NCBI GenBank assembly: GCA_965113315.1
Contig: OZ220364.1
Direction: 5' to 3' (one strand)
DNA length: 64,000 bases
Source of the DNA: Podarcis vaucheri
Lineage: Eukaryota
Positions within the stretch are counted from its first letter, which is position 1; every line of letters begins with the position of its first letter. Position numbers and translations under genes: made by a program. Of this stretch, positions 10,427-23,834 are shown in pieces. The notes under the pieces are model-generated. The model was not told where the DNA came from and did not search any database. It saw nothing but the letters and a program-made list of their open reading frames with translations.

Positions 10427-10954
10427 GTAGGTCACGTTAGGTTCAGGAATAAAAGAGATCTCCACCCCCTCCCTCAGGTTTGCTTCTCTTTCCTAAGGAG
10501 TTAAGGTCACATTATTATTGCTGTGGAGCAGCAGCGAAATGCACATTTCCTGTGCAGCAGGAAACAAGTGGGTAATTCTCATCTTCCTGAGAAACATTAT
10601 ATTTTCAGTCTCCAAAGCCCTCATTCACTTCAACAGGAGGGCGCACATGAAGCGTTAGGAAAACTGCATGTGCCATATACGTGATTGGAAACATTGGGAG
10701 GGAAGAAGGGAAAGTGATTTTGCAGGACTGTGAATCATAATTTCCTTTGACAATTTAACAAAAAACATACTGGACACAATATTTTTGGGTGGGTGGGAGT
10801 CAGCTTACAAGCAGGCTGCTCCTGGTGAGCCAGCTCAAAGGACTCCTTTGAGAACAAACAGGATGTTTGCCTGCCTACTCATCCATGAGAATGATGGTAG
10901 TGGTGTTGATTTGAGCTCCAGGCCTCTTTACTTAATATGGAAGTGCTGAAGACA

Positions 10955-11077
10955 GCAGAGTTGGAAGAGAGGCCCCAGGATCACCTAGTCCAGCCCCCTG
11001 CAATGCAGGAATATGCAGCTGTCCCATATGGGAATCAAACCTGCAACCTTGGCGTTATCAGCACCACACTCTTAACT
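10955..11077 (-). mobile_element. tRNA-derived SINE with CR1-type tail
   Basis: Minus strand: tRNA-like head (gtggtgctgataacgccaaggttgcaggtttgattccc), then gcattgcagggggctggactag...ttccaactct. Confidence 0.7.
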
Positions 11078-11639
11078 ACTACTTCTATCATCCCTAGCCA
11101 TTTCCCATGCTTGCTGGGACTAGTGGGAGTTGTAGTTCTGCAAAATCTGGAAGGCTAAAGGTTCCCCACATCCCAACCTATGTTCTTAATTGTGGTCTAC
11201 CCGAAAGTCTACCAGTTTTGGTGGATGGAGGGCAATGATAGGAGCAGTGGACAACTCCTAAAAATACAATGTACAATCCAGCTGTAGTATTTTCCCTTTC
11301 CTGCATATGGCAACAAAGCATTTCTCTTAAGGAAGTATCTAGGATAGTATGTGGAATTTTATGGGTTTGCGCACAGAGCAGCAATGTTTGGTTTCTTGGA
11401 CAGACTGACAGCAGAGTTCGAAGCACTGGTATAGAGTTGTTTCCATTGCATTTAGTTCCTTCCATAAATTTGTGTCCTGCCTGTTCATTTGATGCTTAAG
11501 GTAGCTCAAGAAACGAAACACCAACCCAAAATAAAAGCATTACAACAGAACGCTGTAATTTGGTCTTCTAAATTAATGGAAGCAGAAAACATCCACAAGT
11601 GTATTTGAATGTTGTTTGAATGTTGTTTGTGTCTTTTAG

Positions 11640-11719
11640 CTTACAGGCCTAACGAAAGAAGCGATGAGCCTGCAGATCCGGCACTGGAAATCTTCAAGCA
11701 AGCCTCTGCATTATCCAAG
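11640..11719 (+). CDS. TGFBI: TGFBI coding exon 15
   Basis: tttag|...|gtaagc, 80 bp; AYRPNERSDEPADPALEIFKQASALSK. Confidence 0.95.
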
Positions 11720-12793
11720 GTAAGCATAATGCTCAAGCAGCATATAGAGACATTTCTGATGTCCCTGTATTTGGACATGGACAACATAGATCATATCACT
11801 GGAAACTACATTCAGATTAAATTATTATAATTTATTTACTTGTTCCACTTTTAAACTGTCCTCTTCAATTAAGATCCTGGGGCAGCTTGTAAAATATCTA
11901 GTTGAAACTATAATAAAACCACTAAACCCTTAACCACTAATTTTATAATCATCATCATCATATTCAGGCTCCCAAAATCAAGACAGCAGAGGGCAATGTA
12001 ATCACAACAGACCTTGAAGACATCAATCTCCTGCAAAGGCCAGGGTAGACAGATGTGTCTTAAGCTGCTATCTTCCAGATCAGTTATACTCACATGTTGT
12101 GAAGAGGGCAGGGAGAGGAGAGCCCATGTGAGTTAAGGACTTGGCCCACTGACTTTATGTCACCACACATAGAGGCTTGCAACAGGAGGTACTCTTTGAA
12201 CATATCCAAAAATGTGCTTGCTTGGAAAGATCTCCCACTGATTACAGTGAAATTTGCCTGTCTGCAGCCCCCTCCTAAAATCACAATCCCAAGTATGTAG
12301 TGAACCATACAGAACCAATGGAACTGGTATCCATGGATCAGATGTGAAATACTTTGTACCAGCTCCCTAAATCATGCTATGCAATCTCTCATTTGGCCAT
12401 ATTTGAATGGCCTCCAAAGTAATGGCTGTGGTGCAAATGGCCTCCCCCAGGCACAGCCTGCTTCTCCCAGTTTTCTTTCCATCTTTACAGAGGCTTACGG
12501 TGGTAGCAGCCGAGGGCTGAAGTTAGACCTACAGCAGCTTTTCAAGTGGTGCAGGGGAAACTGCAGGGCACACCAATACTGTTCTGACACAAGCTTCCTT
12601 CGGATTAGTCCACTGGTCCCTGCCCCCACCCCCACAACACTGCTCTAATACGGGCAAGACCCATGCTTACTAAAGGGGTGTTTTTGTTTGGGGTTTTCAA
12701 TTGCACACCAATTTGCTATAAAATTATATAAATATTATTGATTTGTTTCATCTGTACAAATGTAAACGTTCTCTCTCTTTCCCCCCCTTGCAG

Positions 12794-12818
12794 ATTTCCC
12801 ACAGGAATGTTCGATTAG
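12794..12818 (+). CDS. TGFBI: TGFBI coding exon 16 (25-nt micro-exon)
   Basis: Polypyrimidine-cag|atttcccacaggaatgttcgattag|gtaagc; ISHRNVRL; frame-consistent. Confidence 0.92.
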
Positions 12819-13363
12819 GTAAGCAAAATTTACATGCCACATAACTTAAATGGTTCCTCTGTTGTGTGACAGCTACCAGGATTTGTAGTAGCATCCCTTG
12901 CCTCACCCATGAGAACCATTTGTGTTCTCTCAGAACATGGGCATGTTTAATCCACTCACAGGGACCTCCATATATTCCAGGCATCTTCACTTGAAATCCT
13001 ATGAGTGCTGTGTGGGTGCTTGCCAATGGAAACATTTTTAGCCACACTCTCAGTGGGGCTCATGTATACTCTGGACCCCCTCTGAATTTGCCTGCTGTTG
13101 TACCCTTCTGGGAAGCAATGCCATTCCCTCCTTTCTTACTGAGGCTTTCCTTCTCTTTGTTACTTGTAGGCTCTTCAAGGGCAATTCGCTAAGGCTGAGT
13201 TGAACTATCAGCTATGAAAAAATGTTTTGGATAACAAGGAATGTGAAATGCCCCAGTCAAAATACAAACATGTGTTGGAAGTAGGGAGATATGCTCAGCC
13301 ATATTTCCCTGTCTCCCACTGCTCCTTTCAGGGAGACAGACCACTGGTCCATTTAGGTCAATA

Positions 13364-13741
13364 GGGATGCAGGTGGCATTGTGGTCTAAACCACTGAGCC
13401 CCTTGGACTTGTTGATTGGAAGGTCGGCGGTTCGAATCCGCGTGACGGTGGTGAGCTCCTGTTGTTCTGTCCTAGCTCCTGCCAACCTAGCAGTTCGAAA
13501 GCATGCCAGTGCAAGTCGATAAATAGATGCCACTGCCGCAGGAAGGTAAATGGCATTTCTGTGCACTCTGGTTTCCGTTGCGGTGTCCTGTTGCACCAGA
13601 AGCAGTTTTGTCATGCTGGCCACATGACCCAGAAAGCCGTCTATGGACAAACGGTGGCTCCCTTGGCCTGAAGCAAGATGAGCACCACACCCCAGTCGCC
13701 TTTGACTGGACTTAACTGTCCAGGGTTCTTTACCTTTTACC
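13364..13741 (+). mobile_element. Sauria SINE
   Basis: tRNA-like head, ctcctgccaacctagcagttcgaaagca core, (ACCTTT) tail, degenerate TSD atttaggtcaata/atctaggtcagta. Confidence 0.9.
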
Positions 13742-14686
13742 ATCTAGGTCAGTACTGCCCACACAGGACAGCAGCTGCTCTCTAGGGTTTCAGTCAGGGT
13801 TTCTTCCCAGCCCTACCTGGAGATAGGGAACATTGCTTGGCTGCTTAGGCAATGTGAGGGACAGGTTTCCTTTCCCTTGCATAGTAGGCAAACAATCCCT
13901 CTCCTCTTGTCCTGCCTGGTCTAGACATGCAACAGAGTGAGGTGATAAAATCCTGAGGCAACAGAGTGGTCTATGCCATTGCAGCCTGCAGATGGTAGAT
14001 TATATTTTTTGAACACTTCCCCACATTTTAAAAAACACCTCCTTTTAAATAAAAGCTAGGTTCTGGCTCAGTCTATTCCCTGCTCTGTGACAAGGGAGGG
14101 CTTGTGGGGTGTTGTTTTAACAGAGGGACATATTTTATAAATGTAATTCCCCCACCTGGAATCTGAAGTGGTACTCTTCATTCTTCCATCTCAGGATGTT
14201 GCCACCAAATTCACAACAAATTATGCTGTGTATGTAAATATAATGTATTGGTCAGGAGACACCTAGATGTCTCAGTGCATACTCAGTCAAGGGAATACTA
14301 TACCCCACTGTGAAGGGGATAGTATACTATTATATCATATCACCTCATTCTTGCAAATTGCCATGTGTATGCCAGAGCACTGTGGCATAGGCATCCAACT
14401 TCGTTTAATGAAGCTTAGCAAATCCAGTGGAATTAAGTATCTGGGAATGAGTGCCCGATTGCAGTCAATGTTCAAAACAAACACTGTAGGCACATTCTAA
14501 AGCATCTTTCAAGCAATTCAGTTTTCATTTGGCTGTGAACAGCTTTAGAGAGGAACAAAATAACATAGTGGTAGTAAATGGTTTACTGATTTTAATTTGA
14601 GAAGACCTCTGACTGTCTTTTTGATGCAGCCATAGATGATTAATGCAGTTGTGCTTATGACAGCGTCTCCTTCTCTCCTTTTTCAG

Positions 14687-14727
14687 CTCCTGTGTATTCC
14701 AGATTGTTAGCCAGAATGAAACACTAA
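14687..14727 (+). CDS. TGFBI: TGFBI terminal coding exon 17
   Basis: tttcag|ctcctgtgtattcc...cactaa; APVYSRLLARMKH* resembles the TGFBI C-terminus. Confidence 0.95.
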
Positions 14728-16397
14728 AGCAACAGCCATTATGTATATGTAAAGCACAACCACGGATTCAACTAGCTTTTGCCATTGGGTTGCTGAAAAG
14801 AAGGACTTTGTTTTCTACAAAACAACAACACCAACACCCACACATACACACATGCCACCATGTATTACACAAAGGTTATGTTTTTTTCAACTGAAATGAA
14901 GGAGAGAAAATAAAAGCCATATATATTTAAACCATTGTTTGATAAGCCTAATTTTGTTACAGTTGGTAGTTGAGAATTCAGGAAGCCTCAGGTATGTGTG
15001 TCTACTCCAAAATTATTTAGGCCCAGCCTCCAGTTGTGCAAGAGCTAAAAATGACTTCGATTGCAAGACACGCTAAAATCAATCCCTCTCTGGTTAGTAT
15101 TTAATAAAAATGTTTAAGGTTTGCATGCGCTGTCAAGAACTGCACACACTGCCTTATGCTCAGAATCCTATTGAATATCTGAGGCTTTGGCTTTAGAAAA
15201 GGGAGTTATTCAGAAATGCAGCCTGGCTTTCAATTGCTACAGTCTGTCTACATGGTTTTGAGTGCAGGTACGTAGACTGATCCTGCACTTTTGCACACCG
15301 ACACTGCTAAAACCAAGATTCGTGAAGCTCATTTGTCCAAATTGGCCCTTCGCATTCTTGAGGGTCAGTGAGATTAATGGTCCGTTTTCTATAAGGTGCT
15401 AACAGTAGTATTTTCCTACTTAACAGAGTTTTGTCGTGAAATATTTTAGAAGATAGCCACAGAAGCATTTATTATTCATTTCTATATGTATATTGGTAGG
15501 TACGGATGGATCATGAGTGGTCTCTGTACTGTGGTGCTTTTCTTTTTCTTTAAAAAAAACAACAGAGTTTTTAAAAGAGTCTTGCTTTAGAATAATAATC
15601 CAACTTTGTGACTTTTCCATAGTTTATGGCTTGAGGCTTGCAAACTTACAGATAGGATATTCTGATTTGGTCTCTCATTGTTAATGGGGTTGGTTGGGGC
15701 TTTCAGCTACATTTTGAAAATGAAGGCAACAAGCTTCATAGCAATTACATAAAATCTTAATACGTACCTGTTTTCAGAGCACACATGACTTAGACTTAAA
15801 TTTGTATGTGGACATTTTAAAGGATGTAAAAGTACAGCTTGTGCCTTCAATTAAAACTGGCTATTTAGGTCACAATACAGGTGCTACAGAACTAGCTGCC
15901 TACATGCTGTGGAAGCTTTCTCATTCATCCACCCCTAATAGAGAACAAAACCTGTCAGAAATTCAGGAGATTTTCTTTTAAAAGGGGGGAGTTTCGATGT
16001 AACGTTCACTTACAAAAAGCTGCCTGTGTGTGGACAAACTATCACACATTCTAACACAAGCTCTCTGAATTGCGGCCTATAGTCTTAAGAGACTTTGCTA
16101 GGCACTCTCTGAACAATGCCAGTTGTGTACTTCAGCAAGAACATGTGGTTTTTATTTTCTTCCCTCCTGTGCTTTGAAAATGTTCCACACAATTCTGTGT
16201 CTTGGCTTTTTTTTTTTTTAAGCCTCATTGATGATATTAGGGAATTTGCATGATATAAGCTATGGTTTGATCAGTGCTGTCAATTAGCTTTTGTTTACAC
16301 ATATGGTTCTAACTTTAATATCTTTTTTCCTTCCTGAGCCTGACAATACATCCTCTCTGTAATGTGGTCATAGAGCAATCCCTCATCAAAACCTTCA

Positions 16398-16403
16398 AAT
16401 AAA
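16398..16403 (+). terminator. Candidate TGFBI polyadenylation signal (alternatives near 14909 and 15103)
   Basis: AATAAA followed by a T/GT-rich tract (ttgggttttctttt). Confidence 0.4.
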
Positions 16404-17890
16404 CAATTCATTTGTGATAAAACTTGGGTTTTCTTTTAAATATATAAATTGACTGTGTCAGTAATATTACAAGTGACATCAGCATACTTTGTTTAGGGAC
16501 ACAGTTTTACCTCAGATAGCTTTTAAGAAATCTCTTGAGTACCACCCCAAAATACTGCAAAGTCTTTCTGCAGATTTTACACATTGTGAAGCTTTTCTTT
16601 CAGCCATTTACCTCAGAGTATTACCTCACACTATCCTGGCAGTGAGGAAGTAGGACACTGCCATCTCAGTTTGCACATGGTAACTTATTTGTTTGACAGT
16701 ATCTCCATGTGAAAATCATACCCATTTCTCTTTTTTAGAAAGAAGGTTCAAAAAGCAACTTTCCTTGATATGGCAAGTTTTGATACAAAGCAGTCATTTT
16801 CAAATGTGGGCACTTTCAAGCATTCAGATTCAGATATGGGATGGCACAGAGGCCTGGCAGAATTGGCAGGGCTGGGGGGGGGGAGAGAGAGAGAGAGAGA
16901 GAGATTGAAAGTGTTGCATAAATATTTTACAATATTCTTTGTTTAATTTCTTGGACATATTCATGAGATAGCTTAAAGACGCCCTTCACCCACTATTTAT
17001 TTATTTGTAACTATTTGGACTAATTAATTATTTATAACTCAAAACAACTACAAAAATGTGATTAAGAAAGTTTTTTTGAAAAATAAATAAAAATAAAGTA
17101 GCACGTGGTTGGCAAAGCCAGGCTTTCAGCAATTATCAAGAGCTTTGTGAACATGAAACATAGTTGGAGAACAAATATTTTGTTCCCGGTGTTTTGTTAT
17201 CTGTGCATCAAACTATTCTGTTGATTGCGTAGGTGCCATATTCATGAACATGCTATGGTAATGCTATCAGCTGGCACCGTTAAGAGCTCATTTGCCAGGT
17301 ACCCCAGTAAATGCCTACTTCTCCCAATGACACTTAGTTCAAAGGACTTTTTGTGCATTTGTAGTCCTTCCAAGAACCCAGTAAAGTAGGGCACTATTAA
17401 CATCCCTGCAAAGCCGGGCACTATCAATTAGTAATCCTTGCAATAACCCTGGGAAGTAGGGCACTGTTAATCAATACCAGCTTACCCAAGATTGCCCAGC
17501 CAGCCAGTCAGTGCTCCAGCAAAAGTCTGATTCTCTTCCTTGCCTAATTCATCAGTCATTACGGTGTAGCACCACCTCTAGATTTCCACATTTAATGATG
17601 GTGCTGGATTTCTCAGTGACACATGTCCCTTCCTATGTATAATTTATTGACAGAACCTGTGGCCTTTGAGCTGCTGTTCGACTCCACTGATTATGCTTCT
17701 GGGGCAGATGGGAGTCAAAGTCCAGCAACATCTGAAGGGCCACAGGTCCCCCACCCCGTTTTAAAGCATTCTGGTGTGCACAAGAATTGGAATCAAAGGA
17801 AAATATTCAGAATCCTATATAGAACTAAGCACTTCAAACAGGAGTCTGCAAGCCACATCCCAATGCCTCCCTTGCCATTGCTCATGCTAA

Positions 17891-18432
17891 TGAGGAGATT
17901 TCACCCCTCCCATACCCAAGAATCTCCTGATGATCTCCTGATGGTCTCTGCTGACTCTCCAGAGAGGAGGAGGAGTGTCCTGCCTATCTACTTATTCTGC
18001 CCAACAACATATCTGTGTGTGTGAGAGAGAGTCAGTCAGTCAATGTATCGGAGAAAGTGAGAGTGTTGGAGATCCTAGAGATAAGATTGCTGCTAAGTGC
18101 AGCTGCAGACTCTCAGTGTAGCATTGATTTATGCTTAGAATATTCAGCTCTGTATATAGTTTTGTATCATAGTTGTAGTTATAGAATAAAAGGAAGATAT
18201 TCTACAGAGCTGCTCTCCGAGTGGTTTATACTCTGCAAAACTCTGCTGCGCAACGACTGTATTATTGAGACAGTGAATCCGGTGCTCTCAGCTCTAAGCT
18301 GTGAGTCCACAGCACTGTGACCTGTTCCTGCGAGAAAGGAGGTCTCTGGCAGTGCTACCCAGCTCGCCCAACCCAGTCGGGGTTGAGGTGCATGAGTCCA
18401 GTTGGCGCACTGGCTCTAGGGCGATGCTGACA
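17891..18432 (+). mobile_element. Solo LTR
   Basis: TG...CA ends, 5-bp TSD GCTAA (17886-17890 and 18433-18437), internal AATAAA near 18185. Confidence 0.75.
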
Positions 18433-18566
18433 GCTAAGCCCTGGGAATCTTGCCCTTTTCCATACCCAGCGGAACTATTTGCTACGACACAGTTTGAGTT
18501 AGTATTACGCATCCTATTCAAGGGACTCCCGTGCTCTTTTTCAATATAAGATGCAGGTTTGTCCAA

Positions 18567-18806
18567 TCATAGAAGCATAAGAACAGCATGCTGGACCAGG
18601 GCAATTTCTAGTCCAGCATCCTATTCTCACAGCGGCCAAAGAGATACTTGTGGGAAACCTGTAAGCAGGACCTGGGCACAAACACACTCCCCTCCTGTGG
18701 TTTCCAGCAACTAGTATTCAAGAGCATTGTTACCTCTGGCTGAAGAGGCAGAACATAGTTCTTGATAGCCTTATCCTCCACAAATCTGTCCAATCCTCTT
18801 TTAAAG
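18567..18806 (-). mobile_element. CR1-like LINE 3' fragment
   Basis: Similar to 57998-58272; minus-strand tail ttcttatgcttctatgatt. Confidence 0.6.
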
Positions 18807-19775
18807 GATCCTCTTTTAATTCAACAACAGTTGAACAGGGTCAAGTGGTGATGCCTTCCAAGAATTTCCATTTCTGGGGTGGTGAAGGTGACTTTCAAAT
18901 TGTGGTCTTACTCAAAGGGAAGGGAAACCCTTCCCCCCTACCATAAACTAGGAGAGGAGGGAGTGTCACAGAGTAGGCCAGGCTGTTGTTTTTCTTCCAC
19001 AGGGGAATATTCAAATATAAATGACCTCGTCTGAAGCCTGAGTGGCACCACTTGGTTCTTCTCACTGTATAAGCAGACCTAATGTTTACACAGGAGAAGT
19101 TGAAGCATTTCCTTCAAGAGAATACTTCTGACCTCTTAGAGCTACTTCTTTTCCTCATATCCCCAAGAATGGGGATAATAGCATGTGCAATACTGTGGTT
19201 TGGAACAAAAAGCAATGGTGCACTGAAGCACAGCACTATTAAGTGCTAGAGGGATTCCGATAAACAATGGGCGTGAAAGAAAATGCTTCAATGGCTTAAA
19301 ATAAGAACCGAGTGCTTCCGAAGAAAAACAAGCATCCCAAATTCTCACAGGAGAAATATACATTTAAGAGCAGAAGAACTATGCCAGAACAGCATAGTTT
19401 GACAGAGAGGGCTGCTCTCCAAAAGGAGAATTCTCAAAGTCTTCAGTGTTCTGTGCTCTGGATCAGGGGTGAATGGAGACAAGGTCCAGCCAGACTTCAC
19501 AAACAAAAATCAAGCGCAGCACAGCAAAACCAAGCTCACAGATGTTCTAAAGGCAAACAAGGAAATGAAAGAGGAACTTTTGAAAAAGGAAGGATTATTC
19601 ACATATTTCAAAACTAGTCTTAGACATCTATTGTACTGCCAGCTCAGGAGAAAGCAACCTTAAATTATTACAGTGAAATATCAAATCCTATTTGGTTCTA
19701 AGCAAGTGAGTCACAAATCTGAAAGTCATTTTTACTCACCTGCAATAAACTGACAAGACAATCCTATGCAAGTCT

Positions 19776-20062
19776 AGGTAAAGGGATCCCTGACCATTAG
19801 GTCCAGTCGTGGCTGACTCTGGGGTTGTGGCGCTCATCTCGCTTTATTGGTCGAGGGAGCTGGTGTACAGCTTCTGGGTCATGTGGCCAGCATGACCAAG
19901 CCACTTCTTGCAAACCAGAGCAGCATACGGAAACACCGTTTACCTTCCCGCCGGAGCGGTACCTATTTATCTACTTGCACTTGACGTGCTTTCAAACTGC
20001 TAGGTGGGCAGGAGCAGGGGCTGAGCAACGGGAACTCACCCCATTGCAGGGATTCAAACCGC
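19776..20062 (-). mobile_element. Sauria SINE, 5'-truncated
   Basis: Reverse complement of the SINE body and tail seen at 34997-35345. Confidence 0.9.
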
Positions 20063-21574
20063 AAATTCCACTAAGTTCAATAGGACTTACTCCAAGGTAT
20101 AGGATTACAGCCTAACCTGTCAGGCCTATTCAGAGTGCCACTATTATGTCTGTGGCTCATTGCCTACATATATTAACAAACTCCATTATGGGACCTGGCA
20201 GTTTTGTATAAGCATCACATTTGTGACTTGTGTCCATTTGGCACACTGGAAGAACTCTGTTTTTTACTTCCATTTTGTATCCATGCTTATGAGCTTCCTT
20301 ACTCTATGAGGCATCAGCAGCTGATAGCATCTCCACTTTTGGTTCACGTAGAATTTGTTATGATCAAATTCACGGGTGATAAAATTCATGCTCCCTAAAA
20401 TGGCAAAACCCTCTGGGTCAACACTGTTGCCTTTTTAACTATACTTCTTACCACTCATCTTAACCCTGATGTGTGAGGATATTCATCTTACCACTTAGGA
20501 GGATAATACAGGGGCCATATTCACTCCCATCCACAGCAGTATGGAAGTGGATCCTCTGCCTTCTTGCTAAATTATTATTGGGTGGACATGACCCATGTGA
20601 CCATCCTATCCACTGACATTCACCTGAGTGGTTACATCATTTGCATGGTAGAGTGCAGTTGTCATCTTCTTTGGCGATCACTCATAGCTGAGTAAGAGTA
20701 GCAGTCACACCCTTTTAGAACCACCACATAGATAATGCTATCTATGGCACTAGAAGTCCACCTAGATACACAGTTGTGAAAATCTCAAATTGTGCATTTT
20801 TGCAATTTTAAATTTTTTAAGAAAACCAAAACAAGTGTAAATAAATTATGCAAATCTTCTGGCCGTGCGCAGTGCTTCCCACATGACATTGTTTACATAG
20901 CAGAGAGGAGCAAAGAAACATGGTAAAGACGGGTGGCACCTAAGAATGCACCACCTCATCCTATGTTAATGTACCACAGAGCAGGACTGCACTGCCCTTC
21001 TGACCTCCATCTGGTTGAGTCACAGCAGCATACCGGGATCCAGGACTGCAGTGGTGGTGAGATTGTTGTGGTACAAACACACCTGTGCCCTGCACTGGCT
21101 TTGCCATGGCTCTGCCCTTCTCCTCTCCTCTCATCTCTGTTTAGCGTTCTCCTTTCTTTATGTGATGGACTCTCCACCAACATTCATTATAAGCCGTCTG
21201 TCGAAAGCCAGGAGGAAGCTCCATTTGTTTAAAGCATTGACCAACAGGGGAAAAAATGTAATTCACTCAGATCAAAACAGCTTCTGCTATTGTGTTCTCT
21301 ATGAGAGGATTCCAGAGATTTATTGAGGATCATTCCTTGCCAAGTTCAGCACTACCCCAGGCTCCATGCCTGTGAAATACTTTGTTCTTGGCACAGGCAC
21401 CTCCATCAGGGAAAAAAATAGCTGGAAACCTTTATGCTCTCAAGAGGAGCACAAAATGTCAACTGTTGCTAAAGTGGACTTCAGTGAAGCAATCTCCCCA
21501 CCCACCCACTTTTTCCTAACAAGAGACTAGATTTGTCCAGAGACATTTGTGAGTCTGGGCTACTGACTCCTAAC

Positions 21575-21960
21575 TGCACCTAGGCAGAACCATTCGTAAC
21601 TTGCACCCTGACCAGTAGCTCCAAGCCTGACTCTCTGAACCAGGTGAAAAGGGGTCAGCAGGCAGCAGCAGAGCAAGCTGACTGGGGGCCTGGGACCAGC
21701 CGGGGCAGGATGCTCCGTGGGGCCTCCAAGGAGTCTGTCTGCCTCCTCCCACTCAGACCCCCTACAGCTGAAGGGGAGGCAGCGAGCGGACCGTTTGGGG
21801 CAGTGTGGAGCCTGCGAGCGCCCAAGCCGCCTTGTCACTCCCAGGAGAGATGCGTGGCACGCTGCAGGCCCCGTGGTGAGTGCCGCCCAGCATTTTGTCA
21901 CCCCTTCAGTGGTGACACATGGTGCGGACCGCCCCCACTGCCCCCCTTCCTCCGCCCCTG
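21575..21960 (-). mobile_element. GC-rich non-autonomous element (possibly hAT-type); same family as about 62000-62350
   Basis: Shared end sequence caggggyg...ggggtgacaaaatg in the opposite orientation; boundaries approximate. Confidence 0.4.
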
Positions 21961-23595
21961 TCAGTGGGACCAGCTGCCCCAGAGGCAGAGATGCTGGATA
22001 CTCAGACCTCAACATCACGCTTAAGGCATATTCTGGAGCCCGTTAGCTGGATGCATCAACACTTGAACCTCTCCTTCTGCAGAACTGGCCTCTTGCACAC
22101 ATTCTAATACCTGTCTATTAATGCAGGTAATAAGCTTGCAGGGAATTAACAAGAGAGAAGATGCCTTGATAATCCCTGACATCTTGGCTTCAGCCATGTT
22201 TCTCTCCACACACCCCATGCCACTCTCTTATAACCTCGTTTGCTGTTTTGTAGCTCTTTCAGTTAGCCCCCTGACAGCATCCCCAGGGGTCCTACTGCCC
22301 TGTAAATGGAAATTTAGTAAAATCCATGAATGCTGACCCACTCCTACCTATTTTCTTTCACAGTTCCTCTCCATTGCAGCTTTTATTTTTTCAGATTTTT
22401 TGTGTGGTACTAATATAATGATAATATAATTATCATTCTTGTTTAAAGCAACCCTAGATCAGGAGTGGCCCTTCAGATGTTGTTGAACTCCAACTCCCAT
22501 CAGCCCCAGCCACCTTGGCCATTAAGTTCCTTATCCCTGATTTGGATGTTCCTGGGAACTGGAATCATTCTGAGTGTCACTCATTGCAGGAGATTGCTGG
22601 GGCTGCTGCCTTATCATCTCTGCAACATAATAATTGGCATGGTTTAAATGCCGAATGGAAAAGTTCATATTTCAAAGTGTTAAAAATTAGAATAAGTTCA
22701 AAGAAGTGAGAATTTTGAAAAATGGCTGTATTGTGGTTCACATATTGTTTCAGAAAGGTGTGAATTAGGTATGTTTGCCTTTAAATGCAAACTGAAGTGA
22801 ATTTCTCCTCCATCCCTATCAGTGACATTATGTGCCCACTGCTATATCTAATGTATATGTTTTAATATGCGATTTTCAGCCAGTACATCAGGATCCAATG
22901 GTGGATCATCAGTTATCAGAATATTGTTACCAGAGGTAAGGACGAGGGGTGGGTGGGGGGCAATATGTAGGATCTCTAGGCTACTGAATGGGATAGTTGA
23001 AAGGGCTATCAAAAGGGAACATTTCCAACAATGAGCTTTCTTAGTAAAAAAAACACAAAACGATCTAGAAACAACCATCTTTAAAACAGCATTAAATGAA
23101 CTCTTTTTATTACAGATGCTCTCCTCCCTTAAACTTTTCACTGCTGCTCTGCAAATGAATTTAAATACAGGGAAAGAAACTCGCACAGTGTCCTGTTCCA
23201 AGAGAAATTCCATACATAGGGGACTTCGATTGTAAAGTGTGCGTTTTCTCAGCCGTGTGGAAAAAGTGGAACATTGTTTTCCTAGTTTACAAAGAGGGCT
23301 TGGAGTTGATTTGACCCATGGGCTGATGTTTGGGTGGTCGGCCGAAGGAAACCGCGCAGCAACCTCTCTAGCAGATGCACTATTGACATGTGCGTGCATC
23401 TCATTAGGAGGCTTCTCAACACTTTGCTGTTGAATGTGTAACAGTGGGAGCATTCATTTGTATTTGGAGGCCACCCAGGGTAAAATAGTCAGCAGTAGGA
23501 AAAAGAAAAGGAAGGGCCACAACAGAGGCACAACTCCCGAGATCTTTCAAACAGACAATGAGAAAGGCAAAGGTGAAACCACCCACATGCTATTA

Positions 23596-23834
23596 CAGTG
23601 GTACCTCTGGTTATGAACTTAATTCATTCTGGAGGTCCGTTCTTAACCTGAAACCATTCTTAACCTGAGGGTACCACTTTAGCTAACGGGGCCTCCCGCT
23701 GCCACTGCCACTGCCACCGCGCCACCGCCACACAATTTCTGTTCTCATCCTGAGGTAAAGTTCTTAACCTGAGGTACTACTTCCGGGTTAGAGGAGTCTG
23801 TAACCTGAAGTGTTTGTAACCCAAGGTACCACTG
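23596..23834 (+). mobile_element. Tigger/pogo-like MITE
   Basis: TA|CAGTGGTACC...GGTACCACTG|TA terminal inverted repeats with TA TSD. Confidence 0.9.

Noticed and set aside
13364-13450. tRNA genes at SINE heads
   Set aside because: They are degenerate and continue into SINE bodies with tails and TSDs; not standalone tRNAs.
22848-23453. 201-aa ORF on the minus strand
   Set aside because: No recognisable motif or exon structure and a non-ATG start; probably chance.
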